Shown: in pieces, positions 49,036-58,910 of the stretch
How the letters are laid out: the number at the start of each line of letters is the position of its first letter
Numbering within the stretch: the stretch's first letter is position 1
Origin: an uncultured Candidatus Saccharibacteria bacterium
GTDB lineage: Bacteria; Patescibacteriota; Minisyncoccia; Phycocordibacterales; Phycocordibacteraceae
NCBI GenBank assembly: GCA_964434255.1
Contig: CAYSUL010000001.1
Span: forward strand, 181,695 to 245,694
Length of the DNA stretch: 64,000 nucleotides
Reading direction: 5' to 3'
Program-made: the position numbers and the translations under genes
Notes under the pieces: generated by a model
The model's input: the letters and a program-made list of their open reading frames with translations, nothing else
Databases searched by the model: none
What the model was told of the DNA's origin: nothing

Positions 49036-49296
49036 ATGGACACCGCCTCATCGACCCCCTCAGCTGATGTCAGCTCGAGCTCCAACGCTTCCCCGGACAC
49101 TTCTTCTACCGTCATTATTCCGCCTGTCGTAACGGGAGGAAAGACGACCGAGAAAGGTTCATGGGGAGGCCTCATCGGCATCATCATCATCGTGGGGCTG
49201 ATACTCACCGCAGCGCTCTATAGCTGGGGCGAGCGCATAGATGAGCCAGTGCCCGTAGACGAAGGCACCAGCGTCGACGTCGACGCGAACATCTAG
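49036..49296 (+). CDS. Small single-TM hypothetical protein
   Basis: GSWGGLIGIIIIVGLIL; leaderless TATACT-6nt-ATG; terminator after. Confidence 0.7.
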   Translation: MDTASSTPSADVSSSSNASPDTSSTVIIPPVVTGGKTTEKGSWGGLIGIIIIVGLILTAALYSWGERIDEPVPVDEGTSVDVDANI

Positions 49297-49378
49297 AAAA
49301 CCGCGGCCCCAGGGTCGCGGTTTTCCGTTCATCGCTGTTTTCTGATACCATTGCCGGACGTAATAACCGCCTGTATAT

Positions 49379-49978
49379 ATGAACACCACGCCCCGCGCAT
49401 CCATGCTTATCCCGATGGTCATAGAGAAGTCGCAATTCGGCGAACGCGCCTATGATATCTACTCACGCCTCCTACGCGAGCGCATCATCTTCCTCGGTGG
49501 CGGCATCGATGACGATGTAGCCAACCTCATCATCGCCCAGCTCCTCTTCCTCGAGTCGGAAGACCCGAAGAAGGACATCTCGCTCTATATAAATAGCCCG
49601 GGCGGCTCGGTGACGGCAGGCCTCGCCATCCTCGACACCATGAATCACGTGAAGCCTGCGGTCTCTACCGTATGCGTGGGTATGGCAGCATCAGCGGCTG
49701 CAGTCATCCTCTCTGCCGGAGAGAAGGGCAAGCGCTACGCGCTTCCGAATGCGGAAGTGATGATCCACCAGCCATGGGGCGGGGCGCAGGGTCAGGCGAC
49801 CGATATCGAGATAACCGCGAAGCACATCATCGCGACCCGTGAGCGTCTCAACAAGATTCTTTCGAAGAATACCGGACAGCCACTCGCGAAAGTCGAGAAG
49901 GATGTCGACCGCGACTACTTCATGATGGCGGATGATGCGAAGAAGTACGGCATCATCGATTCTGTGTATAAGCGTTAG
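49379..49978 (+). CDS. clpP: ATP-dependent Clp protease proteolytic subunit
   Basis: [26 protein letters not shown]. Confidence 0.98.
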   Translation: MNTTPRASMLIPMVIEKSQFGERAYDIYSRLLRERIIFLGGGIDDDVANLIIAQLLFLESEDPKKDISLYINSPGGSVTAGLAILDTMNHVKPAVSTVCVGMAASAAAVILSAGEKGKRYALPNAEVMIHQPWGGAQGQATDIEITAKHIIATRERLNKILSKNTGQPLAKVEKDVDRDYFMMADDAKKYGIIDSVYKR

Positions 49979-50047
49979 GCCTTAGTTCTGACATAAGAAA
50001 GCCCTGCGCCATAGCGCAGGGCTTTTCCCTATCTATTTGTGGGTGTG

Positions 50048-50269
50048 CTACCGGCTGAGACGACCCCGACCCCGAGCGTTCTGCCCCTCCACTCGATGGT
50101 TCGCCTTCTTCTTCTCGCTGGGTGGCTCGTAAATACCCTTGCCGCAGGTGTCGCAGTAATTCCCCACCGTACGCCGATTCAGGCACTGATTTCCATCCGG
50201 CTTAACGCCGACACACTGGAAACGAGAGACCCTCTCCTCGCCGAGCCCGTACAAATCATCCCCCATCAT
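50048..50269 (-). CDS. Small Cys-rich (Zn-ribbon-like) orphan, SD-led cassette
   Basis: QCVG...QCLN...YCDTC; GGAG SD; converges on terminator 49998-50026. Confidence 0.6.
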   Translation of the reverse strand: MMGDDLYGLGEERVSRFQCVGVKPDGNQCLNRRTVGNYCDTCGKGIYEPPSEKKKANHRVEGQNARGRGRLSR

Positions 50270-50490
50270 TAGCTCCATTCCCAAGCTACAGTGAATATCT
50301 CTGCTACTGGTATATACCCTCTGATTTCCATTGTCCACGATTTCCGGTCGTTTTGCGCGGCTCTATATATAGGTGTATCGTGCCCGTAGTCAGGCCACGC
50401 ACGAGACGCTTATTCGACTGATTTCAGGCTGACCTTATCTTGCCCTAACTCCCGCGCGAGGCGTATAGCCCCGCACGGGACCAGAATCGT

Positions 50491-52020
50491 ATGTCCATAA
50501 AACTAATATTGAGCCTGCTCGCCCTTTCCGGGCTCGCCGGCATCGCGCTGGGGTACGTACTCCGGCTCCTCATCGCGCTTGGCCAGCGTGGCTCTTTGGA
50601 GCTCGAGGTGAAGCAGAAGCTTCTTGAGGCGAAGGAGCGCGCTAATAAAATAGTCGCTGAGGCTGAAGCCCGCTCTCTTCAGCTCGAGAAGGAGAAGGCA
50701 TTGCCTCTCAGGGAACGAGAGGAGGTGCTCATCAAGTCCACCGAGCGCATCGCGAAGCGCGAGGAGTTCCTCGACGAGCGTGAGCGTACGCTCGCGACCG
50801 AAGCAGAAGAGGTGCGCAACCGCGAGAACGAAGCTGCCAACCTGCGCAAAGATGCGGAGAAGCTCCTGAAGGAGCGTCGCCTCGAGCTCGTGCGCATGGG
50901 TCGCCTTTCCGAAGAGGAAGCTCGCACCATGCTCATGAAGGACCTTGAGGAAACCGAGGTCGAGGCATTGCTCGCACGCCTCCAGAAGCTCGAAGCGCAC
51001 GGAAGGAAGCAGCTCGAGGAAAAGGCCCGCTCCATACTTCTTTCAACCATCCATCGTCTCGGTTCGAGCGTGAATGCGGATATCATGACACTCTCCGTCA
51101 CGCTCCCTTCTGAAGAGATGAAGGGGAAGATAATCGGTAAGGAAGGACGCAATATCAAGGCGTTCGAGCGCGCGACTGGTGTCGATGTGATCATCGATGA
51201 CGCTCCGGACAAGATAACGCTGTCGTCATTCGACCCGCTGCGCCGTCATATCGCGAAGCTCGCGCTCGAGGAACTCCTCGAGGATGGGCGCATCCAGCCT
51301 GCGAAGATAGAGGACACCGTCGAGAAGGCGAAGAAGCAGGTGCAGGACATGGTGAAGCAGAAGGGCGAGGAAGCGGCGTACGAGGTAGGTATCGTGGGAC
51401 TCGATCCTCGCCTCATCGCGCTCCTTGGTCGTCTGCACTTCCGCACGAGCTATGGCCAGAATGTTCTGCAGCACTCAATAGAGATGGCGCACATCGCCGG
51501 CATGCTTTCTGACGAGCTTGGTGCAGACGCGCAGACTGCACGCGCAGGAGCGCTCCTTCATGACATCGGTAAGGCCGTGGACCACGAGGTGCAGGGCACG
51601 CATGTGGAGATAGGCCGCCGCATACTCGAGAAGTTCGGTGTCGCGAAGGAAGTCATCCAGGCGATGCAGGCGCATCATGAGGAATATCCGTATGAGACGC
51701 CGGAGTCCGTCATCGTGCAGGTAGCTGACGCCATCTCAGCAGGTCGCCCAGGCGCGAGGCGCGACACGGTAGAGCGCTATCTCGAGCGCCTCGGGGACCT
51801 CGAGCGCATCGCTAAGGGATTCGAGGGCGTCGAGAAGGTATATGCAATCTCAGCAGGACGCGAGATACGCATCTTCGTGAACCCAGGCAAGGTTTCGGAC
51901 CTCGAGACGCATAAGCTCGCACGCAAGATTGCGGATCGCGTTCAGTCGGAGCTCAAATATCCAGGAGAGATAAAGGTGAACGTCATTCGCGAGAACCGCG
52001 TCGTTGAATTCGCTCGTTAG
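50491..52020 (+). CDS. rny: Ribonuclease Y
   Basis: N-terminal TM, KH (KGKIIGKEGRNI), HD (LLHDIGK), RPGAR. Confidence 0.98.
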   Translation: MSIKLILSLLALSGLAGIALGYVLRLLIALGQRGSLELEVKQKLLEAKERANKIVAEAEARSLQLEKEKALPLREREEVLIKSTERIAKREEFLDERERTLATEAEEVRNRENEAANLRKDAEKLLKERRLELVRMGRLSEEEARTMLMKDLEETEVEALLARLQKLEAHGRKQLEEKARSILLSTIHRLGSSVNADIMTLSVTLPSEEMKGKIIGKEGRNIKAFERATGVDVIIDDAPDKITLSSFDPLRRHIAKLALEELLEDGRIQPAKIEDTVEKAKKQVQDMVKQKGEEAAYEVGIVGLDPRLIALLGRLHFRTSYGQNVLQHSIEMAHIAGMLSDELGADAQTARAGALLHDIGKAVDHEVQGTHVEIGRRILEKFGVAKEVIQAMQAHHEEYPYETPESVIVQVADAISAGRPGARRDTVERYLERLGDLERIAKGFEGVEKVYAISAGREIRIFVNPGKVSDLETHKLARKIADRVQSELKYPGEIKVNVIRENRVVEFAR

Positions 52021-52311
52021 CTACGCGGCTTCGCGCCGAATTTCTGCTTCAAAGGCCACTGCCTCGTTGCGGAGCAGCTGCGCTTCCTCTTCGGTAAGCT
52101 TTCCTGCCCGCTCGAGCACCTCGATTTTCGAGTAATCCAGGTTCAATTCAAGATCAGCCTCGCCAATCTTCCCTGCGGCGAGGCTGTTCCGTACATCCGC
52201 GAATATATCGGGGAGATTCTCAGAATGTGGCGTATGCACTACGTTTTCTGGCTCTGACTCGGCCGGCTCCATCGTCTTTTGTTTGGGTCTTCCGAACTCG
52301 AAGATGTTCAT
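52021..52311 (-). CDS. Hypothetical protein
   Basis: ORF with leaderless TATACT-6nt-ATG. Confidence 0.6.
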   Translation of the reverse strand: MNIFEFGRPKQKTMEPAESEPENVVHTPHSENLPDIFADVRNSLAAGKIGEADLELNLDYSKIEVLERAGKLTEEEAQLLRNEAVAFEAEIRREAA

Positions 52312-52463
52312 ACTGCCAGTATACGAGGGTAGAAATCGCTATTTCACCTTATCCCCGCCTATTTGCAAGCCCTATTGCGTAATATGGCTCATTTCCTATA
52401 CTTTCCACCGTAGCCCTCCCATAGGGCTTAGCAAAGCCCTATCAGGGATTAACCCACAATTAC

Positions 52464-52736
52464 ATGAACAAAGCAGAAATCGCAGCAAAAGTGCAGGACA
52501 CTCTTGGTACCACCAAGGCTGATGCAGAGCGCGCAGTCGAGACCATCATCGATTGCATCACCACCGGCCTCAAGGCAGGTGATGAAGTATCTATTGCAGG
52601 CCTCGGTATCTTCAGTGCGAAGGCTCGCCCAGCCCGCACCGGCCGCAATCCTCGCACCGGCGAGACCATCAAGATTGCCGCTACGCGCACTCCTAAGTTC
52701 CGCGCAGCTAAGGCGCTCAAGGACGCGGTTAAGTAA
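52464..52736 (+). CDS. hup: DNA-binding protein HU
   Basis: MNKAEI, ARTGRNPRTGETIKI, PKFRAAKALKDAV. Confidence 0.98.
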   Translation: MNKAEIAAKVQDTLGTTKADAERAVETIIDCITTGLKAGDEVSIAGLGIFSAKARPARTGRNPRTGETIKIAATRTPKFRAAKALKDAVK

Positions 52737-52782
52737 TATCCGCTTCTTTTAGTAAAAGCCCCAGCATTTGCTGGGGCTTTTA

Positions 52783-53922
52783 CTATTTGAAATACTGCTT
52801 ACCCTTCAATTTATCGGGTAGATAACTCTCTTCGTCGTACTTCTTATAGCCCTTACCATAGCCGAGGTCCTTCATGAGCTTCGTCGGTGCATTGCGTATA
52901 TGCTTGGGCACTGACAGGTTCCCAGTCTTCTGTACATCGGCTTGTGCAGCACGAAGCGCATCGTACGCTGACCGATCCTTCGCAGCGTTCGCAAGATACG
53001 CGACGCCATGCGCGAGATTAATGGCGCACTCCGGGTACCCAATGACCTCGCAGGCACGGAACACGGAGTTGGCGACGACGAGTGCGGTGGGCTGGGCGAG
53101 CCCGATGTCTTCGGATGCGAAGATGACCATCCTTCTCGCGATGAAGAGTGGATCCTCCCCTGCCTCGACCATGCGTGCGAGGTAGTACATAGCGGCGTCG
53201 GGCTGGCTGGCGCGCATGCTTTTTATGAACGCGCTTATGGTGTCGTAGTGCTCTTCTCCCTTCTTGTCGTAGCGCAGATGCGGGTCTTCAAGTGCCTTAT
53301 TGAGCGTATCTACCGTCACCTTCCCATAGAGCGTCTTAGCGCCCTCGAGCACTGTGAGGGCGCGCCTGGCGTCCCCATTCGCATATCCCATGAGCCATTC
53401 GAAAGAATCCTTCCCGAGCTTCACCTTCGATCGCGCGACGATCGCGCGAAGCGATTCCTCCGAGAGCGGTTCGAGCACGAATACCCGCGCCCTGGAAAGG
53501 AGTGCCGGAATGACTTCGAATGAGGGGTTCTCGGTAGTCGCGCCAATCAGGGTTAGCTCGCCGCTCTCGACGTACGGCAGGAGGAAATCTTGCTGTGCTT
53601 TATTGAAACGATGTATCTCATCTAAGAAGAGGACCTTGGGACGAAGGCTAAGTGTTGGCATGCGGCTTTCCCCGACTATCTTCCGGATATCATCCTTGCC
53701 TGCAGAGACCGCGGAGAGCTCATGGAGCTCCGCATCGAGCGCTCGTGCGTAGATACGGGCGATGGTGGTCTTACCAGTCCCTGGCGGACCCCACAAGATG
53801 AACGAGAAGCGGTGCTGCTTCTCTATAGCGACACGAAGAGGCTTCCCCTCCCCCACGAGGTGCTCCTGTCCCACCACTTCTTCAATGGTTTGGGGCCGTA
53901 TGCGGTTGGCAAGGGGTTCCAT
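52783..53922 (-). CDS. rarA: Replication-associated recombination protein RarA/MgsA
   Basis: GPPGTGKTT, DEIHRFNKAQQD, ATTENPSF, SEDIGLA. Confidence 0.97.
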   Translation of the reverse strand: MEPLANRIRPQTIEEVVGQEHLVGEGKPLRVAIEKQHRFSFILWGPPGTGKTTIARIYARALDAELHELSAVSAGKDDIRKIVGESRMPTLSLRPKVLFLDEIHRFNKAQQDFLLPYVESGELTLIGATTENPSFEVIPALLSRARVFVLEPLSEESLRAIVARSKVKLGKDSFEWLMGYANGDARRALTVLEGAKTLYGKVTVDTLNKALEDPHLRYDKKGEEHYDTISAFIKSMRASQPDAAMYYLARMVEAGEDPLFIARRMVIFASEDIGLAQPTALVVANSVFRACEVIGYPECAINLAHGVAYLANAAKDRSAYDALRAAQADVQKTGNLSVPKHIRNAPTKLMKDLGYGKGYKKYDEESYLPDKLKGKQYFK

Positions 53923-54021
53923 ATCCAAAGCGTACGCTGCACAGTATGAAAATCAATGAAGGGACGTAATTAAAGAAAACACCCGCCAGAAGCGGGTGTT
54001 TTCTTTTGAGCGACTATTCGA

Positions 54022-54936
54022 TTAGTCGAGCTCGTCGACAGCCTCGTCAGCGAGATCTTCCGCCTCTTCTGCGTGGTCAATGGCCTCATCGTAGTCCTTG
54101 TCATCGAATGCATCGATAGCGTCGTCATATTCTTCCTCGGCCTCATCGAGGAGGTCTTCGGCTTCGTCGACGTCCTCACCATCGTCATCAGCATCTTCGA
54201 CTTCGTCCCATGCGTCGTCGATAGCATCATCCGCATCCTCAAGAGCTTCGCGAGCGCGGCTCTCGGTGCCATTGTTGCTTGAGCCATTGTCGTCTATCTC
54301 ATCGATAGCGTCCTCGGCTGCATCCTCTGCATCGTTAGCGAAGTCTACGGCGTCGTCGTACTCCTCATCGTCGTATGCGCGGTCCGCCTTGCGGAGGTCC
54401 TTGCGAGCATCGTCGAGGAAATCATCGGCATCGTTGATGTCCTTGTTCCTGTCCTCTGCCTCTTCTACTTCATCCTTGGCGTCGTCGTACGCCTCTTCTG
54501 CATCGCGGATTGCCTTGCGGGCATCATTGCGATCATGATCATCGTCATCATCGTTCGATGAACCCGTGTTGATGGGGTTGTTTGTGAAGACGTTCGAGCT
54601 CCCACCAGTGAGTGATGCAACTCGGAAGTATCCGGTTACCTGCTGACCGTTCGCTGCCTGGAGACGAGCAACAGCTGCCTGGGTGAGCGTACCGAAGTAG
54701 GTGCCCTCATAGCCATATGAGCCGAGGCCGGAGTAGGCGACAGTATAGCCGGAAGCATTGAGATAGCGCTGGAGGCAGCGTACATCCTCGCCCACTGCCC
54801 CGAGTCCGAGGTCGCGGGTGAATACGCACTGGGTTACCTGGGCGCTTGCTGCCTGAGCGAAGCCCAGAATCATGAAAGCTGCTGCGATAAACGCAACGAA
54901 AGCTAGGATTCCTGTCTTAGAATTGATGTTCTGCAT
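54022..54936 (-). CDS. Secreted peptidoglycan-binding protein with two highly acidic helical repeats
   Basis: Signal peptide; FTRDL..G..GEDVRCLQRYLN; Asp/Glu-rich C-terminus. Confidence 0.85.
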   Translation of the reverse strand: MQNINSKTGILAFVAFIAAAFMILGFAQAASAQVTQCVFTRDLGLGAVGEDVRCLQRYLNASGYTVAYSGLGSYGYEGTYFGTLTQAAVARLQAANGQQVTGYFRVASLTGGSSNVFTNNPINTGSSNDDDDDHDRNDARKAIRDAEEAYDDAKDEVEEAEDRNKDINDADDFLDDARKDLRKADRAYDDEEYDDAVDFANDAEDAAEDAIDEIDDNGSSNNGTESRAREALEDADDAIDDAWDEVEDADDDGEDVDEAEDLLDEAEEEYDDAIDAFDDKDYDEAIDHAEEAEDLADEAVDELD

Positions 54937-55094
54937 AGTAAATAAGCCATTTATAATCGTTCGCCCGGTACCTACTACCGACATTACACCAAAAGTAGGT
55001 GGAAAAGCAATGAAGACGATTTTGATGGACTAAAGACTAAGACGTGGCGGGTGAATATTGCTTTCGTAGGCCTAGACCTTAGTGAATTAGAGTG

Positions 55095-55165
55095 TGCGGG
55101 ATAGGAGAATCGGACTCCTGCTCTCAGTTTGGAAAACTGATGTTCTACCATTAAACTAATCCCGC
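55095..55165 (-). tRNA. tRNA-Gly(TCC), no encoded CCA
   Basis: Cloverleaf GCGGGAT...tcagt-tttccaa-actga...; T-loop variant GTCCGAT. Confidence 0.9.
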
Positions 55166-55235
55166 TTCGCCAAAGAGAATACCATAGCCAGCGCATGAGC
55201 TGTATTTTTGAACGGCTCCGGTGTAGCGTTCATAT

Positions 55236-56303
55236 ATGCCCGCTCTCCAAGGCGTCATCTCCGCGCTTTCTGCGCTTATCATCACGCTTAACTCGCTTTA
55301 TGGAGCGCAGATGGGTTCAACTACCCCGCAAGTTACTGGTATCTTCGGGCCCGCGGCAACGAGCACGGTCTCGGTTCCTGCACCCGAAATCCCGAAGCCT
55401 ACCGTACCCAAGCCCGCTACCTCGGGCGGACTCGCTCCCCTGCTCCCTCACGCTCCCTCGACTGACCTTGCGGTAGCACTCGGTACGCTTCGAGGCGCGA
55501 TTGTGAATATCGTCTGCATATCCAAGGACACGAAGATTCGTTCGATGTCCGGTAGTGGCGTCATCTTCGACCCTAAAGGCCTCATCCTCACCAATAGCCA
55601 CATCGCGCAGTACTACATGCTGAAAGAGGTACTGCCTGAGGGCGCTATTACCTGCATCATTCGCGCAGGAAGCCCCGCACAGGCCGCATACAGGGCAGAA
55701 GCGGCGTATGTATCAAGTGAATGGATACAGGACAACCCAAGCACCCTGGTCGCGACCGTGGCACGCGGCACCGGAGAGCATGACTTTGCCGTGCTCGCGA
55801 TAACAGGGAGCGCGTCACCCATTCCCCTTCCAGGCTCCTTTCCATACGTTCCCCTCACCAAAGCAACGCCGAAACTCAAGGACAATGTGGGTATCGGCTC
55901 GTATGGTGCACAGAATCTCACTTCCAAGCAGATACAGAGCTCCCTTCTCCCCACACTCGTGTTCGCTCAAGTGAAGAGCATCTACACGTTTGACTCAACG
56001 AGTATCGATCTCCTCACCCTAAGCGGGAGCGCGGCCGGCCAACACGGCTCTTCGGGCGGCGGCATCGTGAACGCGAATGGTCAGCTTATGGGAATAATCA
56101 CAACCGCAAGCGATAAGGGTGAGTTCGGCAACCGCGAGGTGCGCGTAGTCACCGCAGGACATATCCGCAGCAGCTTCAAGGAGGATAGCGGTCAGGACTT
56201 CGACTCTTATTTCAAGAATGGCAGCATTGACGCCTTCGTTTCAGTCTTTGTGGACGACGCGAATCGCATGGGCAAGAAGCTCCTTTCGACGCTTCAACAT
56301 TAG
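55236..56303 (+). CDS. Trypsin-like serine protease
   Basis: GSGVI, LTNSH, DFAVL, GSSGG. Confidence 0.88.
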   Translation: MPALQGVISALSALIITLNSLYGAQMGSTTPQVTGIFGPAATSTVSVPAPEIPKPTVPKPATSGGLAPLLPHAPSTDLAVALGTLRGAIVNIVCISKDTKIRSMSGSGVIFDPKGLILTNSHIAQYYMLKEVLPEGAITCIIRAGSPAQAAYRAEAAYVSSEWIQDNPSTLVATVARGTGEHDFAVLAITGSASPIPLPGSFPYVPLTKATPKLKDNVGIGSYGAQNLTSKQIQSSLLPTLVFAQVKSIYTFDSTSIDLLTLSGSAAGQHGSSGGGIVNANGQLMGIITTASDKGEFGNREVRVVTAGHIRSSFKEDSGQDFDSYFKNGSIDAFVSVFVDDANRMGKKLLSTLQH

Positions 56304-56374
56304 TCGGGGTGCGGAGAATTGAACTCCGTCTATCTGCTCCCAAAGCAGACGTACTACCGGTATACGACACCCCG
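56304..56374 (-). tRNA. tRNA-Pro(TGG), no encoded CCA
   Basis: CGGGGTG acceptor; tctgc-tttggga-gcaga anticodon arm; GTTCAATT. Confidence 0.93.
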
Positions 56375-56663
56375 TTCACTGCATCCTACCAGCTTTAATG
56401 GATTTGCGGGAGGTGTTCTGTTTTAGATCTCACACCACGCACGTGACTACACCAGAGTCTCCCATTTATGGTTTCGACCTGGTTAGGGGACTTCATTGAG
56501 AGATGCTGCTGACCGAGACGGTGACTGAGAATAGAACGGCCTGAATGCTAAGTATTCTTCGGACTCGCCATTAGAAGTCTTCTTTGTCTTATGTCCTTTA
56601 TCCCCACTGTGAACACCTTTGTCCCCAACGCAAAACGGCCCTGAAGGGCCGTTTTGCCTCGTG

Positions 56664-56734
56664 TGCGGATAGGGAGAATCGAACTCCCGACTGATCCTTG
56701 GCAAGGATCCGTTTTACCACTAAACCATATCCGC
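56664..56734 (-). tRNA. tRNA-Gly(GCC), no encoded CCA
   Basis: GCGGATA acceptor; gatcc-ttgccaa-ggatc; GTTCGATT. Confidence 0.95.
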
Positions 56735-56775
56735 TTCGCTCGGAATACTAACACAATCGCTATCTCTTTTTCTAG

Positions 56776-56847
56776 TGCTCCCGCCAGGACTCGAACCTGG
56801 AACGACAGTTCCGAAGACTGTTGTGATATCCGTTTCACTACAGGAGC
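56776..56847 (-). tRNA. tRNA-Arg(TCG), no encoded CCA
   Basis: GCTCCTG acceptor; acagt-cttcgga-actgt; GGTTCGAGTCC. Confidence 0.92.
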
Positions 56848-56906
56848 GTATTCAGATATTACGCGAGAGCTAGGAGAATGACCACACGCATACTAGTATT
56901 TTCTCA

Positions 56907-58370
56907 ATGCACTTCCCTGTTCCGCTTGAGGTGAGGGCCGTATCTGACGGACTTCGAAAAGAAGGTTTCGAAGCTTATCTGGTTGGCGGCTGCGTGCGCG
57001 ACCTCCTCCTTAGTCGCGAACCCAAGGACTGGGACGTAACGACGAATGCTAAGCCCGAGGATATCCAGCGCATATTCCCTGAATCCTTCTATGAAAACGA
57101 ATTCGGGACTGTAGGGGTAAAGACAGGCTCGAAAGAGCCGAAGCTCGCGGTCATCGAAGTAACTCCCTACCGAACGGAAACCGGATATTCAGATAAGCGG
57201 CGTCCGGACGAGGTCATATTCGGTGAAAGCCTTGAAGACGACTTGGCTCGCCGGGACTTCACCATCAATGCTATCGCACTTGATGAGTCTAAAGGACATC
57301 TCGTTGATCCATATAAAGGACAGGTAGACATCGAGGCTCGTGTCTTGCGGACAGTCGGGAATGCTGAGGATCGCTTCGAAGAGGATGGTCTTCGTCTTAT
57401 GCGGGCTGTCCGATTGGTCGCCGAGCTCGAGTTCGCGCTCGACGCTGACACGGCCGCAGCTATACAGAATAAGGGTCAAAACCTCAAGCTCATTTCACGT
57501 GAAAGAATCAGGGACGAGTTTGTCCGGATACTCGAGTCCAGGCAGCCAATGATGGCTCTTACACTTTCCCAACAGCTTGGGATCCTTGAGTATATCGCCC
57601 CGGACCTTACGCGCGGCATAGGCATCGAGCAGAACCAGGCTCATAGCTACGATGTTTTCGAGCATCTTATGCGGGCCGTACAGCACGCAGCAGATAAGGA
57701 CTGGGACTTCGATATCCGCCTCGCTGCCCTATTCCATGATGTATCTAAGCCTGAAACTCGCCGCTGGTCAGACGAAAAGAAGGATTGGACATTCCATGGT
57801 CATGAAGTGGTTGGTTCACGTGTAACACGCAAAGCACTCGAAGATATGCGGTTTTCACGTGAAACTATAGAGAAAGTGACCAAATTAGTGCGCTGGCACA
57901 TGTTCTTCTCGGATCCTGACCAGATAACATTATCGGCCGTTCGCCGCATGATAGTGAATGTCGGAGAGGAGAATATATGGGATCTGCTCAACCTCCGTAT
58001 TTGCGACCGCATCGGAACAGGGCGTCCGAAAGAACAGCCATTCCGCTTCCGAAGGTATAAGGCCATGGTTGAAGAGGCCCTGCGCGACCCGATCAGCGTG
58101 GCAATGCTTAAGACAGACGGGAGCAGCATTATGGAAAAGTTCCACGTGCAACCTGGACCGAAAATAGGCTATATTCTCCACGCTCTACTCGAAGAGGTTC
58201 TCGAGGATCCCCAGAAGAACAATGAGGCATATTTGGATACTCGGACGGAGAGCCTGTTGCAGCTCTCAGACAGCGAACTTAAGGAATTGGGTGATTCGGG
58301 TAAGAAACGAAGAGAAATTGAAGAGGAGAGGGAAGTACGGGAAATCCTCGAAAAGCATCACGTTGGCTAG
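56907..58370 (+). CDS. cca: CCA-adding tRNA nucleotidyltransferase with HD domain
   Basis: VGGCVRD, DWD, DLARRDFTINA, EDGLRLMRA, LFHDV. Confidence 0.95.
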   Translation: MHFPVPLEVRAVSDGLRKEGFEAYLVGGCVRDLLLSREPKDWDVTTNAKPEDIQRIFPESFYENEFGTVGVKTGSKEPKLAVIEVTPYRTETGYSDKRRPDEVIFGESLEDDLARRDFTINAIALDESKGHLVDPYKGQVDIEARVLRTVGNAEDRFEEDGLRLMRAVRLVAELEFALDADTAAAIQNKGQNLKLISRERIRDEFVRILESRQPMMALTLSQQLGILEYIAPDLTRGIGIEQNQAHSYDVFEHLMRAVQHAADKDWDFDIRLAALFHDVSKPETRRWSDEKKDWTFHGHEVVGSRVTRKALEDMRFSRETIEKVTKLVRWHMFFSDPDQITLSAVRRMIVNVGEENIWDLLNLRICDRIGTGRPKEQPFRFRRYKAMVEEALRDPISVAMLKTDGSSIMEKFHVQPGPKIGYILHALLEEVLEDPQKNNEAYLDTRTESLLQLSDSELKELGDSGKKRREIEEEREVREILEKHHVG

Positions 58371-58674
58371 GGAATGGGCTGTTCCACGTGAAAAGCGCCT
58401 GTATAAAAGGCTAAAAGCACTACCGGAGTAGTGCTTTTAGCTTGTGCTTATTATAAACATTTCACGTGAAAACTCTATGAAATAAGAAAGAGCCTCGTTT
58501 TTAGCGCGGAAACAAGGTTTCTAGGCTAAAGACGAGGCTCTTTATTTGTGGCTACTTTGCGACCCGGGGTGTAGGACCTAAATGGGGCTTGGGGCTTTGT
58601 GGTTGGCCTACTGGAGGAAAACGGGGGCCGCATTTGGCATGATGATCGAAAGAACTGCGCTTTCACGTGGAACC
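57491..58674. repeat. Cluster of seven parS-like palindromes
   Basis: 16-mers around CACGTG starting at 57491, 57812, 57851, 58138, 58380, 58458 and 58659, resembling TGTTTCACGTGAAACA. Confidence 0.8.
58410..58441 (+). terminator. Perfect hairpin downstream of cca
   Basis: gctaaaagcactac-cgga-gtagtgcttttagc. Confidence 0.7.
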
Positions 58675-58910
58675 GGACCGGACCCAGTATTTATCAGGAG
58701 ATACGCTCCGAAGACGGTGGAAGGGCCAGAACGCAACGTTATGCGCCTAACCTGGAAAGAGCTCGCAAGGAACAGCCGAAGCGCGGAAGAGTCCGCGTAT
58801 CATGGCATGATCCGCGAGCCCCTCCACGTCCTCAAGTAATAGTAGGTTATGTCTAGGACAGAGTAAAGGACACTATCCGCAGATGTGTGTATAACTATGT
58901 CTCTTATGTC

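Noticed and set aside
55095-55165. Recoded genetic code (UGA=Gly as in Gracilibacteria/Absconditabacteria)
   Set aside because: The anticodon is TCC, not TCA; core genes translate fully in code 11; TGA stops are followed directly by terminators.
58582-58856. Two overlapping 85-aa ORFs downstream of cca
   Set aside because: No recognisable motif, unclear start signals, and they overlap a parS-like site; neither frame can be chosen.
58371-58910. oriC
   Set aside because: Only one good DnaA box, no clear DUE and no dnaA/dnaN nearby; parS-like sites suggest proximity only.
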